A program made the translations under genes and the position numbers. This document shows, piece after piece, positions 26,748-40,314 of a stretch of DNA of 64,000 bases. Position 1 is the first letter of the stretch. Every line of letters begins with the position of its first letter. This stretch comes from Marsupella aquatica (taxonomy: Eukaryota > Plantae > Marchantiophyta): assembly GCA_973895155.1 (NCBI GenBank), contig OZ316893.1, positions 20,278,857-20,342,856 on the forward strand, given 5' to 3'. Below the pieces are notes generated by a model. It was given only the letters and a program-made list of their open reading frames with translations, had not been told where the DNA came from and made no database searches.

Positions 26748-29220
26748 TCAGCCCTGGTTGCCCACTTTGGGTTCTGGTTTAATCCTCACTCCCTCCTGGT
26801 CTGGGTCCCTGTTGGATCCCTGGGTATTGTCCCCTTGTGGCTGCCGTACATTGAAACGCATGCTCCAAAGAGGACGTCTATCCTTGTTTGGATGGGCCTC
26901 CTTTCAGTTTTCAAGGCAAAAAAAACAAAATTTAAAAATGTCCTCTTCGTCCATTTTAGAGGAGTTAGTATTAAAAACAGACTGAAAGGAGATGATACAT
27001 GAGCACAAGGAAAGACAAAAGTAGGGGCACACTTCAATCCAGCTAGGATCAATACGCTTTGACATCATGTGGCCTCCTCTGCTTTTCTAAAGTCTACTCA
27101 CTTGAAATGAACAGCTTGGATGATATCTTAGCATCTAAAAAAGAGAGGTGTTTGTCTCTTCATTCTACCATAAGACCATCCCAGTTCACACAATAAATGA
27201 TTATCAGAATTTAGGATTAGCACAAAAATTTAGCACTCTTGTGAAACCTCCAAATAATTTATGATTCAAATTCAAAATGATTCTAAGCTTGTTGATGTAA
27301 ACGCTAATTTCTGATGACTAGAGAAGGAGAATGATATCTTGGCTTTGTGGTATTTGGGAGTAAAACTAACTAATATTTTGCACAGGTCCTACACAAACCA
27401 GGACGACTCTAAGGTACTAGTGCCAATCTGAAGCTGTACAACTTCACACATACCTCAAGGTGTTGTGAAAGGCCGTGTCTAAGGGTTATAAGTCCATGTG
27501 TTATGTATATAATATATCTTGACAGTGAATTCTTCTCCAATAATACCTTGATAAATACAAAGATAAAAATCACTAAGGGCATTGTGAGATAGCATCGCTC
27601 CAACTTTAAACAATCTCTTTCAAATGGAAATAAACAAGTTTTAGGATTATTGTATGTAGATAAATGACAAAATAAATATTTTAAGGTACCTAAGAGTGTA
27701 AAGATTCCGCCCCCCCCCCCCCCCCAAGGTAAAATAGTTTGTCTTATAGTGTTTCCCTCTCAAAATGATTCCCATGATGAGAAGAATAAATAATCATTCC
27801 TTTTTAGATTGGTCGGATTTTTTAGTAATCCCTTTAAAGCAAGAATTAACTAGCTTTGGGGACTTGGTACTTGTGCCTTGATGCTTATTCGTTTGCTTAT
27901 TCTTTTACAAAGTGTTAGGGCCCACTTCCATCCCACATGCCATTTTTCTAGTAGACAATTGTTTAGCTTCTAAACTATTGTGAATCCCTTTAAAACAGGT
28001 TTAAAAAATGGTGGGCCTCTAATGTTATTCTCATGATGACTTAATGGTTATTCTCAAAACCATAAACTTAGGAGTACTTTAAAAGGCGTGTGGGCACTTG
28101 AGAGGTTTTTTCACCAAAGCAAACTGGAGGGTCCATTGCACACACTAAACATGGTGTCCTGGGGCTAAAAGTATTTTTTGAATCCTTTTATTGCCCACAG
28201 GGTCTTGTAAAGCCAACTGCAGCCAGTGGTGGTAGATTAATTTACTAAAAGACAGATTGAGGACCCACTCCCCTTGAATGTCAGGTAGTCTTTGGGCTTT
28301 TGGCTAAAGTCTTTCTAGATGTGAGAAGAGAAGGTCTTATGAAGGAGTTGCGGGTCCCTTTTTAATGCAAATGACTTAAAATATAAATGGACCACGACGC
28401 CAGAAAAAGAGACCTCCAACAGAGGTGGTCTAAAATCGAGGACAAAAGAGTTCTCCACATAAGTTGTGGGCCCCATTACATTCCATGTAGGATTGGTAAC
28501 AGGTTTGGTTGAAAGTGCCCCCAACGTTTTGTAAATGAACAACAGGTGTTTCTCCCAAATGGATGGCTCTGATCAGATCTTGGAGACCAAACAAAAGTGG
28601 AAACTGCCCCCAACCTCTTGTAAAGCCACTGTTTGGAAATAGAACTTTGAACTCTACTTAAACCGCCACTGTCCATCGCCAAAACCTGGATCCACCAGGT
28701 TTCTTAATATAGGGTATGTCCAGCTCCGGGCATCCTTGATAGTTTTTGGCCAGTCAGTGGGGCTGACGCTTTTTGGCCGGGTCAGGTGTGAGGAAAATGT
28801 CTTTTGGTGTCCCTACTACATTTGCTGAGGGCGCAACAGTTGAAATCCTTCTGCAGCAACACTCCGCCCATGTTGCGCGAGTGTCAAGAGCAGACTCGCT
28901 CTCTAGTGCTCAGCAACCTAGAGTTGAGCAAGTGTTCAGCCCACATCAAGTCGACCATTTCTCCTGATTTGAACCCATGCTGCTAAAGCAAATTAGGCAG
29001 CTGTGATGTCCCTTTCCTCTGCCCATGCTGCGCATGTGGATTGATTGTAATGGATCATAAGCAACTACTTATGAACCAATGTGTATGCAGATACTTGTTT
29101 AGTAGCAAACTCGTGCAATTCTCATTCTACTACGCAACTAATTCTGCTTTATACATCAACAGAGCCACTGACTCACAGAGATTTCACATATCCAGCTCGA
29201 GTTGTCGGTAGAGAAGTAGG

Positions 29221-29370
29221 AGTTTCCTTCACATTTCTTACTCGACGAGTTTGGTTGGCAAGGTGGATTATCATAATGAATGAGCTCGGCCTTCAGTTTC
29301 CTTCACATTTCTTACTTGACGAATTTGGTTGGCAAGGTGGATTATCATACTAAGTGAGCTCGGGCTTCAA
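29221..29370. repeat. ~74-bp tandem duplication
   Basis: agtttccttcacattt..tact.gacga.tttggttggcaaggtggattatcata...tgagctcgg occurs twice. Confidence 0.9.
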
Positions 29371-31599
29371 TCCTATCCTGCAGTTATGAGAGTGAGTCTA
29401 TTAGAATTGGAATGTCATGGTTTCAATTTCTCGTTTAGAACAACTTGTCCCACATGTCGAGAACAAATTCGCTCAATTGCACTAATTGGGCTTTCTCTGT
29501 AGTGGTGCCACTGCTGATCTGGTTTCACCATTCATTGAGCCCCGGCCTTGATTGCTAGTAGGTGGATTTGCCTTCACCTCCTACTCCCGCTGCGCCGTGA
29601 TGCAGTAGAAACGGCCTCCCCCTCCTGCTGTGCTTATCTTTGAAACTTCAGCCATCTCTGGCTCTCCCTTTCCCTTGCCTTGGTTCCCATCAAACAAGTT
29701 CTGCACTTTCCCGGAACACTCCATACGTTTTCACCTTTCACTGGGAAAGATCTAACTTTTGCAGTTCCAAAAGAAGAAGCCTCGGAACCCAAGAAATGCC
29801 TGCAGTGTACCTAGAGACTCGCCCATCAACAACAACAGACTAGAGACTAGATTGCAAGTAGATGACAAAAAGCAGGAACCCTGAACCTTGAATTAGCTGG
29901 CCACACGAACTCTTCCACTGCTTCAATCACCCTTCTCAGAAATTGAGCAGATCTCCTTCTCTACTACAAACTCGACAAGTTTTCTGGTTCTACCTTGCAA
30001 CCTCTTCTCATTGTCTCCCTTCCCTTCCCTTCCCTTCCCTGCCAAGAGGGTGCGTTCAATTACTGCATCCAAAACCAAATAAAATTCTCATACTCATTAT
30101 GTTCCCTTGAGTTTACTCTTTTTGTTTAGGAGGACTATCAAAGAAAGGGCATGCTCAAATCACTTTTGCAACCCGCTCTGTTATTCATTGCATCCTTATG
30201 TTGTGCATCCTTATGGTGTGCAGTTGTTGTCATTGTTCATCGACCTTCCAGTCACTCAGCATGAATAATCCCAGGAAATTATATATTTGCAAACAAAATT
30301 GAAGAAAATGCTACTTCCCCTTCAAATTATTTTTGCTCATGTCTGCTTGCTTGTGGCCTGAGTGTAAGTTTGTATGCATAGAAATTGCCCCTCTTCTTTC
30401 TCAATCATGTATTTGGGTCTTACATGCATAAAATTTATGAGTTTGTGTAGAATTTACTTTCCATGATGCACTTTCTTGCACAATAGTTGCTTTGTCTTGT
30501 TTAATTTTACCATTTATAAAATAAGATGTATATTGACAATAACTAGCATCTTGCGCAACTTTTCTAAGTTTTATAAGTGCATGAATGTTGAATTTCAATT
30601 GGCCATGTTGTAGGAGAGTCGAGCATCAAAACAGACCTGCTGAATTGATCTCCTATGGAGATGGCATATACCGCTTGTCATGGCCTATTCCTCCACCAGG
30701 ACGTCGGAAATTCCGACTTCTGAGACATGTAGACATTGTTGCCAGGTTCCCCAATTTTTGCATAGCAATAGACAAAAATCTTGATGACATCGACTCTGCC
30801 CAGGCTCTTTCTCCCGCGACAGCTCAGACTTTTCATATGTGTGTTGCATGGGCATACACTGAAACTATTCCTTGCAGACAAAGGTACATTGTGTACTGCA
30901 AACTAGCACATGTTGCTAGTTTTGCAGATAGAACACCCTTCCCAACAGCAGTCACAACTACAGTGCAGTCCACTTGGGAGCTACCAAGTGAACAACATGT
31001 GGGTTTCCGGTTTTAGGTTTGGAGGTTGTTTTTTCGTTTTTCTTTTCACCATTGTTCTTATCACTTGAGTTATTTTTCCATGTTTGGGTTATTTGTTCTA
31101 CCACTTTTTGGGTCTATGGTTTGCATGTGCCTCCCTTCGTTTCCCAACTGCAAGTGCCCGTCACCTAGGAACTGCTAAGCAAACACCATGTTGGTGTATG
31201 CCTTTAGTTTTCAAAGGTTGTGTAGTTATCTTTTCATCCATAGTTACTTCTTGTGCCATGCTTTCTTTGTTCTACTATAATATTTTATTATTTTTGTTTG
31301 GCATGTGCCTCCTTCTCCCAACTGCAATGCAGAACCCTAACTTGGGAGTTACAAGGCAAATACCATCCTCATTTCCACATTTACTTCTTGAGGTTCACTT
31401 GTGTTTTATGTTTATTTATTTGTTTATTTCTAGTATTGTCATTGTATGGGTTCTTTGAGCTACATGTGTTTCTTTGGGTTGTGCCTCCTTCCCCTTTCTC
31501 TGGGTTGGAACTCCTACTGGATGGCAGCATGAGGGGTTCAATTCCCCTTTGGAGTATTGTCAAATTCTAGAAAAGTATTTAAATTTATATATCTACTAG

Positions 31600-34500
31600 G
31601 TTCTTTTGTAATGCCATGTCATGCATGCTACTCTTCATAGGCAAGGCAAGTGAAGGATACTTGGGCCATGACCATTTGCCAAAAGTGTGACAAGTTGCAA
31701 CACAAGTCACAAATTTCATTCATGGTAATAAACCATAACTTTCAAATCCCACTAATACACTAATACAGAAACAAAAATAAATGGAAAGGTGATATATGGG
31801 AGTAGAAACATGACAAATGAATATAGTAAAATCCAAAACTTATGTATCTCCCACATGTCAAATGACACTTGTGGAATTTTCTAAGCCAAAATAAATTTAT
31901 GAAGTGTTCATGAATTATAGTCTACACCTCTTTCAAATATGATCAGAGCCACATCTTTCTTCCATCTTATATGTGCTTCTAGGAACAAGGTCATGAACTC
32001 TGGATGTACGTTGACAAGTGCAAGTATTACTAGGCTATAGTCGTGTTCTAACTCGTAACACCTCCCGACCGATGCTTTCATTCCAGCACATTGCAGCACA
32101 TGCCATGCGGGCTTTGTGGGTCATGGCAAAATGGATCCGCTTCATAGCATATTTGTTGATGTTTCCATGAAATGTTTCACTAAGGAAGTTTTCTCGGGCT
32201 CAGATAGTGTAAAAGCAAACATTGCCAGCAGTGACATTCTTATGCAACCATTGCTTTAGAGCTCTATGTGTAGCGCCCCCTGTAAAATCCAAAAGTATCC
32301 ATATTAAAAAAGTATTAGAAATATTAAAAGATTACATAACAACCCAAACACATTATTTATGTCCCAGCTACTTACAACCAGGTATAATTGATAGTAGTAT
32401 TTTACTTATCCGCAACATAGTATGGACTGTAAATTGCACCTTCCTCACAACACGTGCAAGGCAGAAAACTTTTGCAAGGTTCATGGTTACCAGCCCAGTG
32501 ATCAGCTGTAGTGATTATCTCCCTAGCCAACAAGGCAGCATCATCATTTTCCCTATAAATAGTCATTAAAATTCAACTCAAGCATTAAATCAGCTCAATT
32601 CAATCCAAGACTAACATTCATTGAAGTCATGTAAATGCAAATAAATACCATAGTTATCCTCCTACCTTTCTTTTGCATTGCAACAACAATAGTAAAACCA
32701 ACTCTTCAATTTATCACCAAGTTGCTTCTTTGTCAATTCTGGATACTTCAACTGCCTCCTAGTGCGCAATGTGATGTCCTCCTTCGGCAATCCTCTATGT
32801 CTTCAAATGCGATGCACCAACTCTGTCTTATTACCCGTATGTCTCAAATTTTGGTTCTTACACCAATTTGACAACACTCCTACAGTGAATCTGCCCAATT
32901 CCTCCAAGGATGTGGCACCATCAATCCCACTAGTAGGCATTGTTTCTTTCACATTTGCTAACTCTTGGTTAAACTACTTCAATAGATTTTTGCATTTGTG
33001 CCATAAATCCTTTTGGTTATCAATATTGAATTCACAAAGAATATTATCAACAACGTTGTTATCATCGTGAAAAACCTCATTAATTGCAATCCCAACATTC
33101 TGAAGATGTTCCAAGGCACGACAAACACCAATTACTTCAATAGCGCCTGAACTCCTAGCCTCAACCTGGTCAATTGTCACAAGCTCTACTGCCTTACCAG
33201 TAGCCACGTCTATCACGGAAACAGTGCCATGATATCCGAAACGCGACGAGTCCCAACAACAATCCACATATAGAATCAATGGAGTGGAATCTACAATCAT
33301 CATAAACCACAAAATAATGTTTAGAAACCATCATTTACAAGCATGCTCTAACAACATGATATCTAGTAAAATGATAAATTTATTACTTAATGTAACTAAC
33401 ACATGCTTGTGCACTAATTTAAGTAAGACTCCCATACCATCTCTTTCTGCTAGGCCTTGTTGCAACCTTTGTTTCTTACTATTCCAAACTTGCAGTACTT
33501 CTCCAATCCATCCAATGTCTCTTTGGGCTCCATTTTGAAATTGGAACCAATGTGTATTTCTTGGAACATGGATTTGAATGTGCGAGAAGAGTTCACTTAT
33601 CATGTTGTGTGTTAGACCAGCAGAGAGTCAGAGCAGAGTGGTAAATCAATCCAGTGATTGCAGGAACACCTGTATTCATAAATTAAATAAGATTAGAAAC
33701 TTTTTGTTACATACAATATTAAGTCATTTAGGTACAAAAAGACATAAGTATATAAGTAAATTAAAGAGATGACATACCTCTGTAAAGTTCATTTTCTCCG
33801 GTCATGAAAGATTGTGCATGCCTTATCAGGCACTTTAGCTTCAATATCCACAACTGATGGTGTGTCACAATGTCCTCAACCGAGTACCTACCGTCACAAC
33901 CTTCAATACGACAATTCACACAAAACTCCTGGAAAAATTCATGGACCTTACTTTTTTGCCAAAAAGTATACTCCACTAGACTCTCAGGGTCTAACTCGGT
34001 TGTAGTTTCTTGAGACAATGGCTCATACTCTGAATCCAAACTGTAGTCAACTTCTATTTGCTCAGAAAAACTAGATGCCTACAAAAATGAACATACAATA
34101 ATTAGTAAGTTAACAAAAAATGTAGTATTCACAATGAAGAACTATAAGAGACTATGAATTGATGCAAATGACAAGTAAAAGAATGTGCAGTAATATAATA
34201 CCTGAGTTGGATTCTCTTCAAATCCAGAATCCATAACAACCATATCGTCTAATCCAAATGCTGTTGGATCAGCCACATCTAGCAAACGAATGGGTCCATC
34301 CTTAGTTGACATCTGTTTAGGGTAACGGTACATAACATTAATGTATGGAACAAAGGTAGCACAAAGCAAATTTATTAAAAAAGCTCAACTTCTAAGTTAC
34401 CTGGGAATTGGATATCATAGAACCATCTTCCACTTCTATGTTGGAGTCCAAAATGTGCTCTGCATCCTCCTCCCCAGACTGAATGTGGTCAAATACACTA

Positions 34501-37500
34501 GTGTTGAAGTATGCATGAACTTGATCATCATGTGAAGGTGATGCCGCATCAAAATTAGAATCGTCATCCTTTGGAATGGATGATGATGCACCACAAAATG
34601 GCTGCAATAAATAAATACAAACATAGGTTAGCAATACTAAAACATGATGTACCAGCAAAGATAAAACCTCTAAAATTTGGATAACCCAAGCTTTTAAGCA
34701 CATAGAAAAGGAGAGATGGTGAAAGAGGTCTACTCCAATTAAATTAAAATCTGGAAAGCAAGTTCAAAGTAGAATGAAAATTGTTATTAAAAGTACCTCA
34801 GCAATCAACCCAAATGCTCCCAAGTCCTTGTCATTAGCAAGGTGTTGATTATTTATCCATCCAAAGTCATTAGGACCCTCAAATGCGATTACATCCCCTA
34901 CTTCTTCCTCGTGTCCGTGATGAGCACTAATAGCAGCTGATATTTGCATGGACATACCATCCATGAGCCAAGCCATAATCTTCCCATGAAACATTTTGAG
35001 GGCACCCTGTAAGGCATGGTATCTACGTATATGCCAAGCCTTACTCGAAGACTACCTCCAACTTGGTGATAATCAATCGCAGCCGGTGGACGGACCATTT
35101 GTCCTACTCTAGCAACCTAACAATACAACAAACAAGAGTTTGTGAATTAGATGTCCTTGTATTTGTCTAGTAAGTCAAAGGTCATGCTTGCAAGAATGCA
35201 CTTATGAATGAAAATGCAGGAGTTCACACCAGGTCCATGAATACAATGTCTGAAGCAAGATGTACTCCATAAGAATACACTAAGGATAATAATTGTAGCA
35301 AGTAAAGAAAAAAGGAGCCCCACACCATTCCCAATTATGCTCTAAGCGGATAGTTTGTTTCATACCTTCCGTCAAAGCTAGCAAATCCAGATGTATGGTA
35401 GTTGACCAAATTAAGTCAGTACCCTAGTACTGTAAATGGCAAGGTCTGAAACAAAACTTTGCTGTTTCACTCGGCAAAGCTGCACGTCAATGGCCAGATG
35501 TTTGGCAGGTTCTACAAAACACATGGTCATAATGTGAGCTCCTAGGACGAGACAACGGATGCTAGTTCCCTTTCAACTCCCGTCATTTTGAAGCCGAGGG
35601 CGGATTTGTTTGTAACCTCCCTGAAAGTGCATACTTTCGTAGCCTCAATGTGAGAAGACTCAGTACGTTGGTCTTTCACTTATAGAGTAATGAATACAAT
35701 CTAATAAGATAAGTTACTTCGTTGGACCTCCATCACGCAAGACAAGACACAACTACGGACCTCAATTGGATGCTGTGAATTTTGCATAATATACAGTCTC
35801 TCATCATTCTGAAGCTACATAAAAACTTTTCATGGACTATTTGTTTGAATCGACATACTTGCATGGAGCGTTTTTGTTCAGCCCAGTTTGAATAATGTTT
35901 ATCAATCATTTCCATAGTTTGTAGACAATGAATTTGCCGAAGTGCATTGGGATGTTGCTGGACCTTGGGCTGAAGTTCAGGGTTTCAGCATGCTCCGGGT
36001 TCCAATATCGCTGTACTGTGCAGGTGCCTGAAGGCTGCTAGAGGCGGGGTCTGTCTAAAAACTGTTGCCAAGAATGCTTGTGTACATTCTGTGTAAACCA
36101 ATGACCGCAACTCAATTGCCCCGAGCTTCAGCCCTAGTGAAGTCCTCTTTATCACCAATAAATGCATCGCTTTCACTCTTCGGGTCCTCTACGTTTTCAA
36201 GTGTCCAACTGAAGGAGAAGCATTGCCAAAATTTTCCTTGTTTGAAGAGCTTGTGCTTCATTGAGGGGATAGACAAAGAAGGTTTGCAGAGTTCTGTGAA
36301 GCCGATCCTGTTATCTCAATGGCTTGTGTCCACTACGACTAAGGGTTCTGTGTCTGGTATCAATGAAAGATTGAAGCTCGATCTTGCCTTATTAATGTGA
36401 TATCTTGTATTCAACAAACATAAAGAGCTCATTGGTGCATGCAAATGAGCAGAGATGGAAATCAAGCACAATCTTCCCGTAATGGCTTGAGCGTGACAAC
36501 TCGGTTGTGCCATTGCACCTTATAATAGACCAATCGATAAAATCTCTCACTGATTAGTAGTTACAGTATGCTTGGCGCTTTTTGCGTGGTCATTAGTGCA
36601 GATTGACATGTTTAGCAACGCAGCAGCCTGGTGTATGTCACCGTCTAAGATGATTGTTGCATCTGTAGGGATCCAGACATTAGCAACAGTAATTGGGAAG
36701 TTTTGAAGTTTAAAGTGACAGATTTGCATGAAGTGATCGATATCCTTCACTTGATCAATATGAGCAAGCTTCAATTCTTCATTTATGAGTTGCTTATTTG
36801 TGGGAGTCTTGTTCAAATGCTCCGTCTCCCACCAACCTTGCAGCGTATGCCAATAGAAAAATGAGCAGAGCACTTAGCCAAATTCGGTCTCTCCCCTTCA
36901 AACCTACTACACATCGTAAAGACAAAGCATTCCAAGGTGAGCAAAAACTTCTTGGCCGGTATCGGGGTAAGGGATTGGCAGCAGGATTTGGCGAGTCAAG
37001 AAGGATGCAATTTTGTTACTGAGAAGTATCCTGAAGAAAGAAGTTGCTTTGTACATCAAGGAGCTTGCCGTAATGTCGTGGAGGAGCTGCAGTGAGAATG
37101 GATACTCCTCCAGGGAGGGTCAGATTGTGGGCCAGGTTACTTTCAGAAAATTGTAGCACTTTTTCCATGTGCATAGAAAGAGCAAGGGTCTTCAGAAACA
37201 AACAGGAATACATTGCTTTCGTGTGCATCTGGAAACAGAGAGGCATCAATTGGTAATGCAATGGCTACACATGCCAGTGATTTCTCCTGAATTGCATGCG
37301 TTTCCTGTTGAGCATAGACGACATTCGCAACGGCAAGCCCATGAACCATCCAACGCACAATTGTTGATACAGAGAGATACGTGGTTCACCTCCACATGAG
37401 GCTACGTCCACAGGAACACACAAGAGCTTTACTGCACTATAGGCCGACCGGCCATACCAAGCATCCACAACACAAGCTCTCCCTATCTCTCAACTAGCTC

Positions 37501-38175
37501 CGTAACAGTGAGCCTAAGTTCCACCAGGGGCTGGCATCAGCCCTGGCTATATACACAACAGCACTACCGCTAACATTAGCTAAGTCTTAACCCAAGTTAG
37601 CCTAACTGTGGTTAGCTCAAGAGTCACAAGACTAGAGCAATATCTAACATTTCTTGCTTACCGATCGGAATCAAACAGATACACTCCATGTCCCGATCCT
37701 TTTTGAGGATTGCTGGTATATTGGAAAAGAATCCGCTGTTGGTGCTGGAACAAATTCCATTGTTGTGCATAGGTAGAATGACCAGCCTACGCTTTGTCCC
37801 CTTGGCAAGGCTTCCTCGTTCCCAATTCTAATGAAAGAATGAAAGACGTCCCCGACCGCGGATTCATTGCAAGTACGGAACACAGCATAGGGAGAAGATT
37901 TTCAAGCCCAACTCAGCTGTAACCCCGGCCCATGGCTATGGCAGCATAGCGGCATAGCAGCTTTCATGCTCATGGACACACTCACAAACCCTCTTGACGA
38001 ATGCATAGGAGCGAAAAACATTTTGGCATACTTGCTAACTCAGCACGTATTGCGGAGCCCTTTTGTTGAGCCTTCGCTGGGCACCTGAGGAGAAAATGAA
38101 CTGCTCGGGTCTTGGTGCATGTGGTATTTATATGGACACTGGCAGTTTAAAGAGCCACTAGCCATTACAAAAACC
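31600..38175 (-). mobile_element. Candidate full extent of the Kolobok/MULE-like DNA transposon
   Basis: Includes the transposase plus further decayed same-strand coding sequence (35360-37970). The only boundary evidence is a weak inverted match, tttttgtaatg (~31604) / cattacaaaaa (~38163); no TSD was identified. Confidence 0.4.
31950..35117 (-). pseudogene. Decayed, intron-containing DDE transposase (Kolobok/MULE-like) with SAP domain
   Basis: Spliced minus-strand translation gives a Cys/His N-terminal finger (FCVNCRIEGC...LKCLIRH), LILYVDCCWDSSRFGYHGTVSVID (first D), SSGAIEVIG, EVFHDDN (second D), QKDLWHKCK (DxxH), a SAP-like helix pair, WFYYCC, ADHWAGNHEPC (H2CH-like), and SETFHGNINKYAMKRIHF...KARMACAAMCWNES (E). 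Several in-frame stops are present. Confidence 0.8.
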
Positions 38176-38439
38176 ATTATAACACGGATTTCACCATTTT
38201 TTAGTATTTTCTTTACTGAAATTGTTTTTTGTCTTGAACGGAAATGGGGAGGAAATACAATTAGACTGCCCCCACCCCAATGTGACCCATTTTCTGTAGG
38301 GAACCTAGACCTGAGCCCCAACAAATCAGACAAGGACCGCACCAGGAAGGAGAGAGAATTAAATCAGGGTCACAAAGTGGGCAACCAGGGGCCAAGCAGA
38401 TAATCAAAACTCCAATCCACTACCCAAGAACCCATCCCA

Positions 38440-38505
38440 CCCACACATATATACCCTCCACACCCCAGTGTGTGGAGGCCGGGGGGATTGAACCTGGGAC
38501 CTCTC
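38440..38505 (-). repeat. SINE-like short interspersed repeat, copy 2
   Basis: cctccacac/gtgtggagg hairpin plus ggattgaacctgggacctctc (minus strand GGTTCAATCC); matches 26695-26747. Confidence 0.55.
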
Positions 38506-39499
38506 AATTCCAGGCAAATCCCCAAGCCAATTGTTTTTTTAAATTTATTTACTGAAATTGTGGAGAAAAAGCCTCAGGGTAGTAGAGAAGAATGTGAAAA
38601 AGGAAGAAATCTTGGACACTTCTCCTTTTTATATGGCCAGTTGTGGTTCACGAGGGGAAGGGGTGAAATGTTTGTTTCTTGTATTACTCTTTATTACATC
38701 ACGCTCTTGAGAACAAATAGCTTAGGGTCTAGATATCTATAGTGTATGAAAAATTGATATAACTTGAATATAAGGGTAAAATAACATAACCTAATAAATG
38801 ATGGGCAAGATTGAAAAAGAAATGTTGACCTAGGAGGGAGTTGCGGAACTCGACTACCTTAACACTTAGCTCTAGCATCGCTGACTCCGACGCCAAGCTC
38901 CTTTATGGTCCAGCCCTGGATAGGCCATCTGGGGAGGACTTAGCATGGGAAGACTTGTGGGCAATGAGACGTGGCAGTAGTGTAGGCAAGGTGCCAAGCT
39001 AGTTGTGACGGGGCCAATGGTCCCAAAGAATGATTTTAAAGGGTAGTAGTGACGCACACATGTAAATAAATAGATTTGTGTCAAGTTTTGCTTTTGTTCT
39101 CTTACAACCTCGCCAAAAGATAGTTTACGTACAATAAGATGAGGTGAATATTGATGGTTTTTATGTCCTCTTAATTTTAGTTGTCGGCCAAGCCTGAAAC
39201 TTGGGGGGTCGGCCGCTGGCCGGTCCGGGCCAAGGCATGTGCCCTATTGCCATTCCATGCTGGAGCTGGGGGATTATCTAGCTTTACATTTTTATCACCA
39301 GCCCTAGTATTTACGTATGGCGGCCGGTTGAAGAAGTTAGTGGCCAAGCGTCGCATGAGGTGCCCCGGCCAGCAACACGGACCCCAACACAAATTGCCCC
39401 GGCCAAAAGAAGCTGGCCATAGCAAGCAGGAGGCCCGGGAGAGGGAGCCAGCCAGGAAGAGTAGAGGGAGCCGACCAAGGGGAGGCCCGGACTTAGGAG

Positions 39500-40015
39500 G
39501 GGGCACAATGGGGATTAAATCCCCCTTCCAAAGGGAGGCCGCGGCCATAGGGGCGCGAGCCAGAGGGAGCCGGCCAGGAGGCTTCGCGAACCTGGGCAGG
39601 TGGCGCATAAGGGGGGAGGGGAGTAATAAAATCCCCCACACCTGGAGGAGAAGGTACGTGGGGGGGGGGCAGTTAAGGGCCCCTAGATCCCAGGGGGATC
39701 CCCAAACTTGGGAGTAGGCACCGGGCCCCAAGGTGGTGGAGGGGGTTGGCCATTAAGGCGCCCATAGGGATGCGCGCCAAAGGGAGCGAGAGAGGGCGAA
39801 GATGAGGGGGAGGGGATAATAAATGCCCCAACCCTGGGGGAGCAGGTGCGTAAGGAGGAAGGGGGATTAAAATCCCCCCAAACCTGGTGGAGAAGGTCCG
39901 AGGGGGAGGGGGGCAGTTAAGGTCCTTGGATCCCAGGGGATCCCCCAAATTTGGGGCTGAGCAGGTACGCAGGGCAAGAAGGGAGGCCTCGGCCATTAGG
40001 AGCGAAACTTGGGGG
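39500..40015. repeat. G-rich ~240-bp diverged direct repeats
   Basis: aaatccccca.acctgg.ggagaaggt...ggggggcagttaagg.cc.t.gatcccagggg.atcccc.aaa.ttggg occurs at ~39628 and ~39869. Confidence 0.8.
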
Positions 40016-40314
40016 AGGAGCGTCCTACATAAGTGCTCCTTTCCAACTCTTTTTTCTCAGTTTTTTTTGCGCTCCTCACTCATTGCCGAACCTCATTTTT
40101 TCTCCTCATCAACCTTCCTCTTGGTGCCATGTTCTACCTCTATTTTCCTTGAGTGATTCTGAGAGTGGCCATGGAGTGAGCTAGAGTGGGGATTGACAAG
40201 GACTTGAAGAGGGAACCTGATTTATTTTATCGTGGTTGGGTACGGGGCCGCACGAGGCCAAGCTCTGGGAATTGAGGAACGGGAATTGGTCACCGGTTGT
40301 GCTCTTGAGGGGGA

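Noticed and set aside
28300-29000. Transposase or recombinase fragments
   Set aside because: No diagnostic motifs in the frames examined.
38146-38160. TTAA|AGAGCCACT as a Kolobok terminus
   Set aside because: It resembles a Kolobok end but points away from the transposase, and no matching partner end was found.
39177-39996. 178-184 aa ORFs on both strands
   Set aside because: By-products of GC-rich repeats with few stop codons.
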